Shown piece after piece: positions 9,106 to 19,869 of a DNA stretch of 64,000 nt. The DNA comes from Akkermansia muciniphila (lineage in GTDB: Bacteria; Verrucomicrobiota; Verrucomicrobiia; Limisphaerales; F1-80-MAGS106), in NCBI GenBank assembly GCA_945865375.1, contig CAMBEJ010000004.1, positions 14,650 through 78,649 of the forward strand, read 5' to 3'. A program made the position numbers and the translations under genes. Positions within the stretch are counted from its first letter, which is position 1. Each line of letters starts with the position of its first letter. Under the pieces are notes generated by a model. That model was not told where the DNA came from. It did no database searches and saw only the letters and a program-made list of their open reading frames with translations.

Positions 9106-10857
9106 ATGAAAATAAAATCTAATCGTCACCCCAAGAGCGTTCCAGCAAAACCGTCGCCTTCAATCCGCCATTATTCCAGCATTGTCCTGGATGGGCCAGA
9201 TCGAGCGCCCAGCCGTGCGATGCTCTATCCTGTAGGTTTCAAAGCGGAAGACTTTCTCAAGCCTATTGTCGGCATCGCCTCCACATGGAGCATGGTGACC
9301 CCGTGCAACATGCACATCGACAAGCTGGCCAGTGAGGCCGCCGCTGGGGCCGATGCGGCGGGTGGCAAAGCGATCATTTTTAATACCATCACGATCTCTG
9401 ACGGCATTTCGATGGGAACCGAAGGCATGAAATATTCCTTGGTTTCGAGGGAGGTCATTGCCGATTCGGTCGAAACGGTCGCGGGATGTGAAGGCATGGA
9501 TGGGCTGGTGGCGGTGGGCGGTTGTGACAAGAACATGCCAGGATGTTTGATCGCCATCGCACGCTTGAACCGGCCCGCGGTCTTCGTTTATGGCGGAACG
9601 ATCCTTCCGGGTTGTCTGACGGGGACAGGCAGGAAGCTCGACATCGTCTCCGTGTTCGAAGCCGTCGGGGCGCACGCCAACAAACTGATCGATGACAAGG
9701 AACTGCTGGCTATCGAGTCCTGCGCCATACCAGGCCCCGGCTCTTGCGGCGGAATGTACACCGCCAATACCATGGCCTCCGCCATCGAAGCCCTCGGCAT
9801 GAGTCTGCCTAACAGCTCCGCTCAGGCAGCGACGTCCGAAGCGAAACGGGATGATTGTCGGCGTGCGGGCGCCGCGGTCGTGGAGCTTTTGAAAGCTGGG
9901 ATTCGGCCTCGTGATATCATGACCAAAAAGGCGTTCGAAAATTCGATCACGGTCGTCATCGCCCTCGGGGGCTCCACGAACGCCGTTCTCCATCTGCTGG
10001 CGATGGCCCATTCCGCAGGTGTGAAGCTGACGATCGATGATTTCACTCGCGTTGGGAAAAAGGTGCCCGTCATCGCGGACCTCAAGCCGAGTGGAAAACA
10101 TTTGATGTCAGAACTGGTGGCCATCGGCGGGATTCGGCCTCTCATGAAAATCCTGCTGGATGCAGGGCTTTTGCATGGCGACTGCATGACGGTCACGGGC
10201 AAAACCATGGCGGAAAATCTCGCGAAAGTCCCTCCATACCCCGCCGGGCAAACCATCATCCTGCCGCTGGATAAGCCGATCAAAAAGGACAGTCACCTGG
10301 TGATTCTGAGAGGCAATCTCGCTCCAGAAGGCGGCGTCGCAAAAATCACGGGCAAAGAGGGCCTGGTATTTACCGGCAAAGCAAAAGTGTTTAACTCGGA
10401 AGAGCTGGCGATGCGCGCCATCCTCGACGGCAGCATCAAAAAGGGACATGTCGTGGTCATCCGCTATGAAGGTCCCAAAGGCGGCCCTGGCATGCGCGAG
10501 ATGCTCGGCCCCACTGCAGCCATCATGGGCCGTGGCCTTGGCAAGGAAGTGGCTCTCATCACAGACGGTCGGTTCTCAGGGGGCACCCATGGGTTTGTGG
10601 TGGGCCACATCACTCCTGAAGCCTACAACGGCGGGCCTCTCGCCCTCGTCAAGAACGGGGACACGATCATCATCGACGCCCATAAACACGAGCTCAACCT
10701 CGGGATTTCCGCCCAGGAAATCAAAACGCGCCGCAAAGCCTGGAAGCCCATGAAACCGCGCTACACACGAGGGGTTCTGGCAAAGTACGCGAATCATGTG
10801 ACGTCCGCCTCGCTCGGAGCGGTGACCGACTACAACCTTGATCTCAGCGTTCGATGA
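9106..10857 (+). CDS. ilvD: Dihydroxy-acid dehydratase
   Basis: [54 protein letters not shown]. Confidence 0.97.
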   Translation: MKIKSNRHPKSVPAKPSPSIRHYSSIVLDGPDRAPSRAMLYPVGFKAEDFLKPIVGIASTWSMVTPCNMHIDKLASEAAAGADAAGGKAIIFNTITISDGISMGTEGMKYSLVSREVIADSVETVAGCEGMDGLVAVGGCDKNMPGCLIAIARLNRPAVFVYGGTILPGCLTGTGRKLDIVSVFEAVGAHANKLIDDKELLAIESCAIPGPGSCGGMYTANTMASAIEALGMSLPNSSAQAATSEAKRDDCRRAGAAVVELLKAGIRPRDIMTKKAFENSITVVIALGGSTNAVLHLLAMAHSAGVKLTIDDFTRVGKKVPVIADLKPSGKHLMSELVAIGGIRPLMKILLDAGLLHGDCMTVTGKTMAENLAKVPPYPAGQTIILPLDKPIKKDSHLVILRGNLAPEGGVAKITGKEGLVFTGKAKVFNSEELAMRAILDGSIKKGHVVVIRYEGPKGGPGMREMLGPTAAIMGRGLGKEVALITDGRFSGGTHGFVVGHITPEAYNGGPLALVKNGDTIIIDAHKHELNLGISAQEIKTRRKAWKPMKPRYTRGVLAKYANHVTSASLGAVTDYNLDLSVR

Positions 10858-11594
10858 AAACCCGAGGAGTCTGCACATTGCCAAAACGGATCGCGGTCCT
10901 GGCTGGGTGCATCGTCTTATGGTCCCATTGTTGCATCCTGCCTGTTCTCGGCGAAAAACTGCACCCTGCGGAACAGGCCACGCTGCCTGATGGGGCCCGT
11001 TTCAAGCGGGAAATCGAAGCTTTCCTCTCGAGCGACGCCACCAACTCGCCCGCGAAAAAGGCGATCCTTTTGATCGGCAGCTCGAGCATTCGAATGTGGA
11101 CAAATGTGGCGTCAGACTTTCCAAAACATCGCGTCATCAACCGAGGTTTCGGCGGTTCAGACATTTCGGACTCCATCGCCTACTCGGACCGGATCATCTT
11201 CCCCTACAAACCGAGACTGATCGTGTTCTACGCGGGTGGCAACGACATCAACGGTGGCAAGACTCCTGAGGTTGTCTTGGATGATTTCAAACGGTTTACG
11301 GCCAAGGTGCATCAGAGCTTGCCCCGAGCCAAGATCGCTTACATCTCCATTGCCGGCAATCCGTCCCGATGGGCTCAAGTGGACCGGGTTAGGAAGGCGA
11401 ATTCATTGATAGCGCAATTCGCAAAGTCCGACAAACGGCTTGCCTACATCAATGTCTTCGACCCCATGCTCGGCGAGGACGGCCTTCCCAGACCCAACAT
11501 CTTTCTCAAAGACCGGCTCCACATGAACGAGCAGGGTTATGCGATATGGAAACGGGTTGTAGCACCGTTCCTGGGATCCCCGGATCGCAAGTAA
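10854..11594 (+). CDS. SGNH/GDSL-family hydrolase, exported
   Basis: [27 protein letters not shown]; hydrophobic N-terminus. Confidence 0.88.
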   Translation: MKTRGVCTLPKRIAVLAGCIVLWSHCCILPVLGEKLHPAEQATLPDGARFKREIEAFLSSDATNSPAKKAILLIGSSSIRMWTNVASDFPKHRVINRGFGGSDISDSIAYSDRIIFPYKPRLIVFYAGGNDINGGKTPEVVLDDFKRFTAKVHQSLPRAKIAYISIAGNPSRWAQVDRVRKANSLIAQFAKSDKRLAYINVFDPMLGEDGLPRPNIFLKDRLHMNEQGYAIWKRVVAPFLGSPDRK

Positions 11595-11627
11595 TCTGTT
11601 CTGTTCAACCTTGATCCCGCAGTTCAT

Positions 11628-11774
11628 TTAACCGCAAAGAGCGCAAAGAACACATAGAGAATGGGTTGCGAAACACGGTGATTCTTCAAATCATCACCGA
11701 GGAGGTAAGGATCATCCCTCTTTCAGAACTCCACAAGTTCTTGCCTCTGCGTTCTCTGCGTTCTGTGCGGTTAA
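11628..11774. repeat. Inverted pair of REP-like CGCAGAG-type repeats between convergent genes
   Basis: TTAACCGCAAAGAGCGCAAAGAAC... versus ...CTCTGCGTTCTCTGCGTTCTGTGCGGTTAA. Confidence 0.6.
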
Positions 11775-11794
11775 TTCAATGGCTCTTTCCAGGT

Positions 11795-12982
11795 TCAACT
11801 CTGACTCAGCCGCTTCTGGGGTGCTTCGAAGAAACGAGCGTGGGCTTCTTCGAGGATTTGCGGAATCCTCCCGGCAAACGGGCTGCTCGCGATCACCTGT
11901 TGCAAATCGTTCTGGGCGGCCTTGACAGACGCCGCATTCTCTCCCGGGAACCAGTGATCCGCTTGCCCCAGAAGGTTGTAGCGCATCTTTGCCCAACCGA
12001 CCAGATCCAAGGATGTCGCATAGGTCCAGAGGCGCAGGATCTCCGTGACATTGACGCGCCCTGGCACATCGACGTAGTGAGGCAACCCCTCAAACCATCG
12101 CGCGCACCAATCGCTTCCCAATGTCCTTAGCATCTCCTGGCGCCATCCGTTTTCAATCGGGGCAATTGTTTCCGGGATTTGATCGTAATATTGCAGTGCC
12201 GCGACGTGCTCATCGAAGTCCGTCGGGCGGGCCGCGCCACAACTGAGCGTGTGAACCTGAGGTCTGCTGAGGCAGTAAAGGTCGTTGAACTGCATGGGAG
12301 TCAGCGGACGGCACAACGCCACCAGCTTGGCAGGTGGCTCATAGAGTTTTCCACCTTTGTCGTTCGGACTGATGATAAAAAGCCCCATATCCAGGCGATT
12401 CGCCGCCTCCACCGCTCTCCAGTTGAGGTCGTTCACAAAATACCAATGAATATTTATGTAATCGAAGCCCGCGCTCTCCACGGCTTCCAGGATGATGTCG
12501 GTTGTGGCGTGAGTGGAGAACCCGATGAAACGCGCTCTTCCTTCGCGTTGCAATTTGCGGGCAGCCTCGAGGCATCCGCCCTTGCGCAATGCCCAATCCA
12601 GGTGTTCGCGGTTGTTGATGCCGTGAAGAGATAACAGATCCACGTGATCCAGTTGCAAATACTCCATGGACTTCTCGAAGGTCGCCACAAATTCCTCGGA
12701 GCGCGCCATCGGTGCCACCTTGGTCTGGACGATGATCTTGTCACGAGCCACGCGAGGCAGCACCCAACCCAACTGCATCTCGGAAGAACCGTATCCGCGG
12801 GCGGTTTCGATGTGATTAATGCCCAGTTCGAGGGCGCGAAAAATCGTCGCCTCCAGATTGTCCTGTCCTTCCACGGGAACCTCCCCCGGGGACACATCCT
12901 GCCACTTGTGCTGGTAGCGCATCCCACCGCAGGAAATGACAGGCATCCGCAATTCTGTCCGGCCAAATCGGCGATATTTCAT
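11795..12982 (-). CDS. Aldo/keto reductase family oxidoreductase
   Basis: [50 protein letters not shown]. Confidence 0.9.
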   Translation of the reverse strand: MKYRRFGRTELRMPVISCGGMRYQHKWQDVSPGEVPVEGQDNLEATIFRALELGINHIETARGYGSSEMQLGWVLPRVARDKIIVQTKVAPMARSEEFVATFEKSMEYLQLDHVDLLSLHGINNREHLDWALRKGGCLEAARKLQREGRARFIGFSTHATTDIILEAVESAGFDYINIHWYFVNDLNWRAVEAANRLDMGLFIISPNDKGGKLYEPPAKLVALCRPLTPMQFNDLYCLSRPQVHTLSCGAARPTDFDEHVAALQYYDQIPETIAPIENGWRQEMLRTLGSDWCARWFEGLPHYVDVPGRVNVTEILRLWTYATSLDLVGWAKMRYNLLGQADHWFPGENAASVKAAQNDLQQVIASSPFAGRIPQILEEAHARFFEAPQKRLSQS

Positions 12983-13048
12983 GGAGTCAGAGCATGACAA
13001 TCTCCCTGGAGGAGCGCAACACTGGCGACACCACTCATTGCGGGATGG

Positions 13049-13400
13049 GCGCAACTCAGATTTTTCGTCCTCGCGTTTCCTACTCGTAATCGTAATCGTA
13101 ATCGTAATCCAATGAACCGCCGATTCGACCACTACGAAAAGCTGGAGGTTTACCTTTTGACAATGCCCGTGGCCTCGTTTTGGAAAGCGCCGCTGCCCTG
13201 GATGCGCTCGTGGCCAAAGGCCGATGTCCTGGGCAGGAAGTTCTGACAGGACCGGACTGCCTGTGGAGCGTCGTTTCGATGCTGGTCGCCTAGATAAAGG
13301 TCAACTCTGATTATTGGTTGCACGAGGGAAACCCGGGATAGGATTACGATTACGATTACGATTACGATTACGAGAAGATCCTGAAAAATCTGAGATGCGC
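13049..13400. mobile_element. Small element with 18-bp terminal inverted repeats and inverted hexamer tracts, carrying a decayed four-helix-bundle gene
   Basis: GCGCAACTCAGATTTTTC ... GAAAAATCTGAGATGCGC (1 mismatch); (CGTAAT)4 on the left and (ATTACG)5 on the right. Confidence 0.65.
13112..13340 (+). pseudogene. Four-helix-bundle (23S IVP-like) protein remnant
   Basis: [14 protein letters not shown] ... [21 protein letters not shown] ... VVSMLVA; middle deleted, with frameshifts and a stop. Confidence 0.65.
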
Positions 13401-13468
13401 ACTACCCACCTGAATAATTACGAAAAACATTGCACTCCATGCGGGCTGTGGTTTTTTGAGAGAAGCAA

Positions 13469-14758
13469 ATGAAAGATATCGTTCCACCCCCCCCCATTGT
13501 TCATAACCAATTCGAAACCGTTAGGGAGCTATTCACCCGGCACGTGATGCCAACCTATGGCAGATTCGACATCGCCTTGAGCCATGGAGCGGGAAGTTAC
13601 GTCTGGGATGTGTCGGGAAGGCGCTACCTGGATCTTGGGGGCGGCATCGCGGTCTGCGCCCTCGGACACGCCAATCAGGAAATCACCCAGGCGTTGATCT
13701 CGCAGTCGCAAAAACTCGTTCACGTCTCAAACCTCTACTACAGCGAACCCCAAGGGCGTCTCGCCCAACAGATCACACGTCATTTGTCCGGTGGAAAAGT
13801 GTTTTTCTGCAACAGCGGCGCGGAGGCCAACGAAGGGCTGTACAAGCTGGCCCGAAAATATGGCCACGAAGAAGGACGCTTCGAGATCATCACCGCCCAC
13901 AACTCCTTCCACGGACGAACTCTGGCGGGCATTTCGGCCACAGGCCAGGAGAAGATCAAGAAAGGATTCGAACCCCTTGTTGCCGGGTTCCAGCACGTTC
14001 CGTTCAACGACATAGAAGCCCTGGAAAACGCGATTTCACCGGCGACCGTCGCGGTTCTTATCGAAGGCATCCAGGGCGAAGGAGGCATCACTCCCGCAAC
14101 CGCTGGCTACCTGCTCGCTTTGCGGCATTTATGCGATCACAAGAAGCTCCTTCTCATGATGGATGGAGTTCAATGCGGGCACTTCCGCACCGGCCGGTTT
14201 CAAAGCTTCCAACGAATCCTCGAGGACGACCCGCTTGCTTCCGGGTTTCAGCCGGACGCAATTTCCATGGCAAAGTCGCTGGGGGGAGGTTTTCCGATGG
14301 GCGCTTTTTGGGTCCGAGGGCCTCACGCCGATTTGCTCGGCCCCGGATCGCACGCCACGACTTTTGGCGGCACGCCCTTGGGTTGTGCGGTAGCCTTGAA
14401 GGTGCTCGAGGTCATCGAGCGCGATCGACTCGACCAAAACGCACGCGTCCTTGGGGAATGGATCAAGTCGGAGCTGGAGTCGCTGGCCCGGCATCACCCT
14501 GGGGTCGTGAGATCAGCGCGAGGCATGGGGTTGATGCTGGGACTTGAATTGTGCGACAAGGAACAAGCTCCGGGTTTTGATCGGAACGAAAAATCTCCCG
14601 CATTGCAGTTCGTGAACAAACTGCACGAGAAGGGAGTTCTGACCATCCCCAGCGGCAATCAGATCGTGCGGCTGTTACCCCCACTGAATTTGTCGCGACA
14701 TCAAGCTGAGGAAGGCATTGAAATCATCGCCCAGACAGCCCAAGAGTTCGACGTCTGA
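13469..14758 (+). CDS. argD: Acetylornithine aminotransferase (class III PLP)
   Basis: YLDLGGGIAVCALGH, HVSNLY, FCNSGAEANE, SFHGRT, MAKSLGGG, HATTFGG. Confidence 0.9.
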   Translation: MKDIVPPPPIVHNQFETVRELFTRHVMPTYGRFDIALSHGAGSYVWDVSGRRYLDLGGGIAVCALGHANQEITQALISQSQKLVHVSNLYYSEPQGRLAQQITRHLSGGKVFFCNSGAEANEGLYKLARKYGHEEGRFEIITAHNSFHGRTLAGISATGQEKIKKGFEPLVAGFQHVPFNDIEALENAISPATVAVLIEGIQGEGGITPATAGYLLALRHLCDHKKLLLMMDGVQCGHFRTGRFQSFQRILEDDPLASGFQPDAISMAKSLGGGFPMGAFWVRGPHADLLGPGSHATTFGGTPLGCAVALKVLEVIERDRLDQNARVLGEWIKSELESLARHHPGVVRSARGMGLMLGLELCDKEQAPGFDRNEKSPALQFVNKLHEKGVLTIPSGNQIVRLLPPLNLSRHQAEEGIEIIAQTAQEFDV

Positions 14759-14786
14759 ACCCAGGCATCGACGTGTAGAAAATCCC

Positions 14787-15101
14787 TCAGTAGCGAGGGA
14801 CAGACGAATCCACGAACAACGACCAGGCTTCAATCCCGCCGTCCATATTCCGGACGTCTCGAAACCCCGACTCTCTCAAAAATGCGGCGGCATGCAGGCT
14901 CCGAACTCCGTGGTGGCAATACACCACGATCGTTCGCGTCTTCCAGCCTTCGATTTCCTGCAACCGCCCCGGAATTTCGCGCAACGGTATCAGCTTGGAA
15001 TTGGGCAACGACGCCAATGTGTGTTCCTCGGGTTGCCGCACATCCAGCAAAAATGGAGGGTGCTCCGATGCTAGGCTGGCGGACACTTCTTTTGGGCTCA
15101 T
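14787..15101 (-). CDS. Rhodanese-like protein
   Basis: LLDVRQPEE, VYCHHGVRS, MDGGIEAWS. Confidence 0.9.
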   Translation of the reverse strand: MSPKEVSASLASEHPPFLLDVRQPEEHTLASLPNSKLIPLREIPGRLQEIEGWKTRTIVVYCHHGVRSLHAAAFLRESGFRDVRNMDGGIEAWSLFVDSSVPRY

Positions 15102-15121
15102 TCAGGCGCTCCAGAGGAAAA

Positions 15122-16051
15122 TCAAGAATTCAGGCCCGCCAAGTAACGCTCTACATCGATCGCGGCGGCGCAGCCCAAACCGGCGGCCGTGACCGCCTGC
15201 CGATAAACGTGATCGGAGCAATCGCCTGCGACAAACACACCCGTCACATTGGTTTCCGTGCCGTGCTTCGGAATGATGTAGCCGTTCTCGTCCATATCGA
15301 TGATCCCCTTGAAAAGTTTCGTGTTGGGAACATGCCCGATCGCGACAAACACACCGGCGCAGTCGAGGACAATCTCTTCATTCGATTTGAGATTCTTCAC
15401 GCGCACCCCGGTCACCTTGTCCAGGTTCACATCCAGCACCTCCGTCACGAGCGAATCCCAGACCGGCTTGATCTTGGGATTTGCCAGGGTGCGCGAAGCC
15501 ATGATACGGGAGGCGCGCAAGGAGTCGCGGCGGTGAATCAAGTAAACTTCGGAGGCAAACCTCGTCAGATACATGGCCTCCTCGCAAGCCGAATCCCCGC
15601 CTCCCACGACGACCAGGGGTTTGTTTCGGAACATCGGAAGCGCGCCATCGCAGGTCGCGCAGTAGGTGACACCCTTTTTCTCGAGCCGATCCTCGCTTTC
15701 CAACCCCAAATGTTTGTGCCCTGCTCCGCTGGCGATGATCAGTGATTTAGTTTCAATAAGATCCCCATCGACGTCCAATCGGAAGGGGCGTTGGTCTAAA
15801 TTCACCGACTCGAGCGTGGCAAATTTGACGCGGGCACCGAACTTCTCAGCCTGCTTTTGCATCCGTGTCATCAGCTCGTAACCATCCACGCCTTCAGGAA
15901 ACCCTGGAAAATTTTCAACGATGCTGGTGGTGGTGAGCAGTCCGCCAGGCATCAGGCCGGTCAGGACCAAGGGGCTAAGATTCGCGCGCGCAGTGTAAAT
16001 CGCTGCGGTCAACCCCGCGCAACCCGTCCCGATAATCACGACATTTTCCAT
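15122..16051 (-). CDS. trxB: Thioredoxin reductase
   Basis: IIGTGCAGLTAA, CATCDG, VVGGGDSA, GVFVAGD. Confidence 0.96.
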   Translation of the reverse strand: MENVVIIGTGCAGLTAAIYTARANLSPLVLTGLMPGGLLTTTSIVENFPGFPEGVDGYELMTRMQKQAEKFGARVKFATLESVNLDQRPFRLDVDGDLIETKSLIIASGAGHKHLGLESEDRLEKKGVTYCATCDGALPMFRNKPLVVVGGGDSACEEAMYLTRFASEVYLIHRRDSLRASRIMASRTLANPKIKPVWDSLVTEVLDVNLDKVTGVRVKNLKSNEEIVLDCAGVFVAIGHVPNTKLFKGIIDMDENGYIIPKHGTETNVTGVFVAGDCSDHVYRQAVTAAGLGCAAAIDVERYLAGLNS

Positions 16052-16191
16052 AAGGCGCAGAACCTATGTTCACCCCCAACGCTTTGCAAGAACGTTGGGG
16101 TCACACAACATCCTGGTTTCAAATTTGTCGGAGATGTGTTTTGTTGCGGCAGCCATTCATAACACAGCACGCGAACCAGAAAAGGAACACG

Positions 16192-16668
16192 GTGAAGACG
16201 ACTCCACCCGCTCTCAATCACCCAAGGCGCTGTGCCCTCGCGCTGGCGGCGTTCCTGTGTCTTGCGCCCTGCGGCACAACCCTCGGCGCTCAGAACACCA
16301 ACGCGGAACTCTCACTCGTTCAGGAAGTTCTCCACACCCTGCGGCAACCCCGCTCGAACCAGGCCGTGACAATCACGGCCCGGCTCGGTTCCCCAGTCAA
16401 ATCTGTCGCTCTGGAATATCAGGTCATCGACCCGGGTAGTTACCTCTCGCTGGAGGATACGGAATACAAAACACGCTGGGTCTCCGTCTCGATGACAAAT
16501 ACAACCTCGAGCGCCGAGATTCGTTATGCGTCGGAAATACCGGGATCCATCCAGACACATCGCCGGTTGGTGCGGTATCGCTTCAAAACGACCGACGCCC
16601 AGGGGCGCAATGCCAGCACGCCGCCCCAGGACGACCCCGAGCCGAGATTAATTACGATTCGGACGTGA
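16192..16668 (+). pseudogene. N-terminal fragment of an exported CotH-family protein
   Basis: Signal peptide, RQPRSNQAVTITAR, HRRLVRYR...PPQDDPEP, then abrupt loss of similarity at ~16645. Confidence 0.6.
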
Positions 16669-16717
16669 GATCGGTGGATTCGGAATGTGTTTCCCCAGCA
16701 AGGAGCGAAAAAGCATG

Positions 16718-17497
16718 TCATCCTTCTTCAGTCGCGGAAACAGGATGGACATGGGAAAGCCTCACGGACGGTCCTCCTGGATAGGGATAGTGGTTTCGGT
16801 AAACATTGATCTTCATCCGAATAAGTCCTCGCACATCAGCAACGGCTGTAGAAATGATTCGCACCCGGCTATCCACATCCTCGACCCAAGTTACAGGCAA
16901 GTCGAATATCCGGTATCCCAACTTCTCAGCCAAAACCATCAACTCTGTGTCGAAAAACCATCCGGTGTCTTCGATCCATGGGAGGAGAGCATCGGCGGCG
17001 CGCCGGGTGATGGCTTTGAAACCACATTGAGCATCCGAGAATCTAGTTCGGAAAAACGCGCGAATCAGTATGTTGTAACTGCGGGAAATAATTTGGCGCT
17101 TTAGGCTGCGTGTGGTTTGTGACGCTTTCATTAAGCGCGAACCTGTCCCAAGGTCGGCTTCACCGGAACGAAGAGATTCTATCATCGGAGGGAAAGCAGA
17201 AAGGTCCGTTGAGAGATCGACATCCATGTAGCTGAGGATGTCGGCTTTGCTTTGGGTCCAGACTTGCTTCAGAGCGCGGCCCCTCCCTTTGAGCGGCAAG
17301 TCCACGACCCGAACGGCGTGATCCGTTCTTTCGATTTCGAGCGCAATCGCTAATGTGCGATCGGTCGAAGCGTTATTGGCGATAACACTTTCAAAATCAA
17401 AGCGGCAATGCTCCAGCAGAAACCTCTTCAGGGAGCGCACACTCGAGGCGAGCTGGGCTTCCTCGTTGTAAACCGGGAAGGTGATATTGACCAGCAT
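16718..17497 (-). CDS. GT2 polyprenyl/dolichyl-phosphate glycosyltransferase
   Basis: [47 protein letters not shown]. Confidence 0.92.
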   Translation of the reverse strand: MLVNITFPVYNEEAQLASSVRSLKRFLLEHCRFDFESVIANNASTDRTLAIALEIERTDHAVRVVDLPLKGRGRALKQVWTQSKADILSYMDVDLSTDLSAFPPMIESLRSGEADLGTGSRLMKASQTTRSLKRQIISRSYNILIRAFFRTRFSDAQCGFKAITRRAADALLPWIEDTGWFFDTELMVLAEKLGYRIFDLPVTWVEDVDSRVRIISTAVADVRGLIRMKINVYRNHYPYPGGPSVRLSHVHPVSATEEG

Positions 17498-17526
17498 GCG
17501 ATTCCTGTGTAACAGCGTCTCATCCG

Positions 17527-18315
17527 CTACCACCAGAAGGTAGGTTCCCGCTCGGTTCGCGGAATAGTGTCTAAGAAGCTTTTTCTTGCCGCATGCCCGT
17601 CGGCAAAGAAGGCGTTGCAACGCTCAGGCAGATTTTTGTAAAGATGCGCGGCGCCGTGTTCAACTGTTTTACCATTGATCAAGTAGCCTCCGCCCAATCC
17701 CGAATACTTATTCAAAGCGCGATTATTGGTATTGCTTCCCGCTGAAATAATTGGATCCGCCACTAGCACAGCCACGGTGGGCGCCACCAGGCTCGAGCTG
17801 AGTTCGGGCGCATTTTGAAACTCGTCGCGAATAATCGGCGCCAGAGTTGTGAGGGAATAGAATGTATTGGCTTTTCGCACCCGAGGGGCGCCGCGTGTAG
17901 CAATGCAATACCCGATCACGCGATAATTGGTGCTATAATTCCAAGCTCCATCAGAAAGAAGTTCTCCTCTAGTGGGGCAGCCAAGAATGCGTCGCGTGGC
18001 TCCATAAGATAGAAGTTTCTCGCAAATCTGGACAGGAACGTCCCAAGCTCGGTTGCCCTGGACAAGGTTCGTGTCGTCGCGGAAACTCAATGAAGGAAGC
18101 AACCCGTGGTAGTCATCGGCGTACATGGTCAAAGCCATGCCCACCTGACGAAGGTTGTTTAAACAAGTCACGCCCGCCACTTTTCGTTTGATTGTTCCTA
18201 AGCTACTCACACCTAGCGAGGCAAGACTCGCAATAATAGCGATCGTAACCAGCAACTCCAGCAGGGTGAATGCCCCCCGAGGTCGTCGGCTGCTAGTTCC
18301 TGGAAAAACACGCAT
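17527..18315 (-). CDS. Prepilin-type N-terminal / H-X9-DG (DUF1559-like) protein
   Basis: GAFTLLELLVTIAII, CLNNLRQVG, H...CNAFFADGHA. Confidence 0.9.
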   Translation of the reverse strand: MRVFPGTSSRRPRGAFTLLELLVTIAIIASLASLGVSSLGTIKRKVAGVTCLNNLRQVGMALTMYADDYHGLLPSLSFRDDTNLVQGNRAWDVPVQICEKLLSYGATRRILGCPTRGELLSDGAWNYSTNYRVIGYCIATRGAPRVRKANTFYSLTTLAPIIRDEFQNAPELSSSLVAPTVAVLVADPIISAGSNTNNRALNKYSGLGGGYLINGKTVEHGAAHLYKNLPERCNAFFADGHAARKSFLDTIPRTEREPTFWW

Positions 18316-18321
18316 AATGGC

Positions 18322-19869
18322 CTAAACAGTCATCAACGACGATTTGTCGCACATATTATTTACTTCTTGGGCACAATTGTTGTTGGCGACATCACTGGTT
18401 TGAGTTCGCCAAACCGCCAAAAGATAAAGCCCCGCCGTGAAGGCAAGAAGTAACGAATAATGAACGATAAAACCATCGCCTCGGCTAAGCCCTAGAAGAC
18501 TCCACACTGTAGGCGCCAGTTTGCCATCAAGAAAAGCATTCAACAAGACTTCTCTAAAAGGATCACGCTCGCCATAGGACATCGGATGAGTCAATACGGC
18601 GAAGCCCGCCATCGCTATTCCTAGCGCACCAAGCGCGGCGACCACTTTACCGTGACGACGCGCTGCTTCGGCAACTGCGGGGATGAAGAAACTCAGAATC
18701 GGTGCCAGATAACGTGGACCGAAGGAAACTCCCGCGAGCCATTCGAACTCACGCCCAGACATTACTACCACTTGCACAAGGATACATCCATAACAAAACA
18801 AAGTGAGTTTGGGACGAGCTCTGAACAAGAAACCAAAACCCACCAAAGCCGTCAGCAAAACCGGAGACCAGAAAAAGAGCCCGCGCTCAGGGCTAAAGAG
18901 CAAAATCCAGGCGAGTTTCAAAGAAGGCAATCGAATGCCGTACAAACCTTCCTGCATCCCCGGGAAACTGGCTTGATAACTGTAGGGAAGTTGCAAAGAA
19001 TGTCCTATGGTTTTCCAGCTGTAGAACGCAATCGAGGCAAGCGGCACGGCGGCACCGATCGAGATACATTTAAATGCTTTCAACTTGAGCTTCCAAACGC
19101 CCCAGCAACTTAGAGCCACGACAGTGAGCCCACTCGTGTATTCACTTGCCAGAGCGGTTCCCAGGCAAAAGCCGGCAATCACCAAATCCTTTTTGTCAGG
19201 CCCATCTTCGCCTCCGAAAACTCGAAGGCAACAGGCAGCGACGACCAAGCAGGCAACGACAAGTCCATGGGAAAACAGCACGGTTGAATAGATAAGCGGC
19301 ATGCCTCCAAGGAGAACACTCCCTGTGGTTAACCAAGCAATCGCCTGGCCGTAGATTTTTTCCAGAGTTTTCACGGCAATCCATGTCGCAATGCCGAGGG
19401 ATGGAGCAAGAAGGGTCGCGGCACAAATCCAACTAAGAATGAACCAGGCGTTCTTTGATTCCAAATCGTGACCGAGGGCTTTCAATATCCTCGCTCCACT
19501 CCAATAAAACGGCAGCATTAAAAAGGATACTCCGGGTGCTTTGTCGCTATAGTAGTGGCCATTCGCGAACGCCTTGTCAGGAGTGTTCTCATGATAGTCA
19601 TCAATATGCCACATACTTTTGACCGCAAGCGAATGCAGGAAATTCTGTCGGGAGATCGCCGTAGGCTTTTCGAAGAACGATTGATGAAGGCATGCCGTCC
19701 ATAAGGCGACGCAGATTCCACAAAACGCGGCGAACCTGGAATCTAGAAATGGAATGACTTTGATGATGGAGATGCCTAAGAGTTGCGATATTTTCTCAGG
19801 AAAATACAAAACAAGCTTGCCCCCAATCCCACTCCCCCGACCAAAAGAGGCCAGTAACGAGGAATCCAT
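18322..19869 (-). CDS. Multi-pass membrane GT-C-like glycosyltransferase; start uncertain
   Basis: TPDKAFANGHYYSDKAPG loop, LFSPERGLFFWSP, FGPRYL; many TM segments. Confidence 0.7.
   Translation of the reverse strand: MDSSLLASFGRGSGIGGKLVLYFPEKISQLLGISIIKVIPFLDSRFAAFCGICVALWTACLHQSFFEKPTAISRQNFLHSLAVKSMWHIDDYHENTPDKAFANGHYYSDKAPGVSFLMLPFYWSGARILKALGHDLESKNAWFILSWICAATLLAPSLGIATWIAVKTLEKIYGQAIAWLTTGSVLLGGMPLIYSTVLFSHGLVVACLVVAACCLRVFGGEDGPDKKDLVIAGFCLGTALASEYTSGLTVVALSCWGVWKLKLKAFKCISIGAAVPLASIAFYSWKTIGHSLQLPYSYQASFPGMQEGLYGIRLPSLKLAWILLFSPERGLFFWSPVLLTALVGFGFLFRARPKLTLFCYGCILVQVVVMSGREFEWLAGVSFGPRYLAPILSFFIPAVAEAARRHGKVVAALGALGIAMAGFAVLTHPMSYGERDPFREVLLNAFLDGKLAPTVWSLLGLSRGDGFIVHYSLLLAFTAGLYLLAVWRTQTSDVANNNCAQEVNNMCDKSSLMTV

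Noticed and set aside
12983-13132. N-terminal extension of the aldo/keto reductase (ITITIT), and similarly of YajQ (48947-49177)
   Set aside because: Read-through into hexamer repeats; the real starts are MKYRRFG and MPSFDIV.
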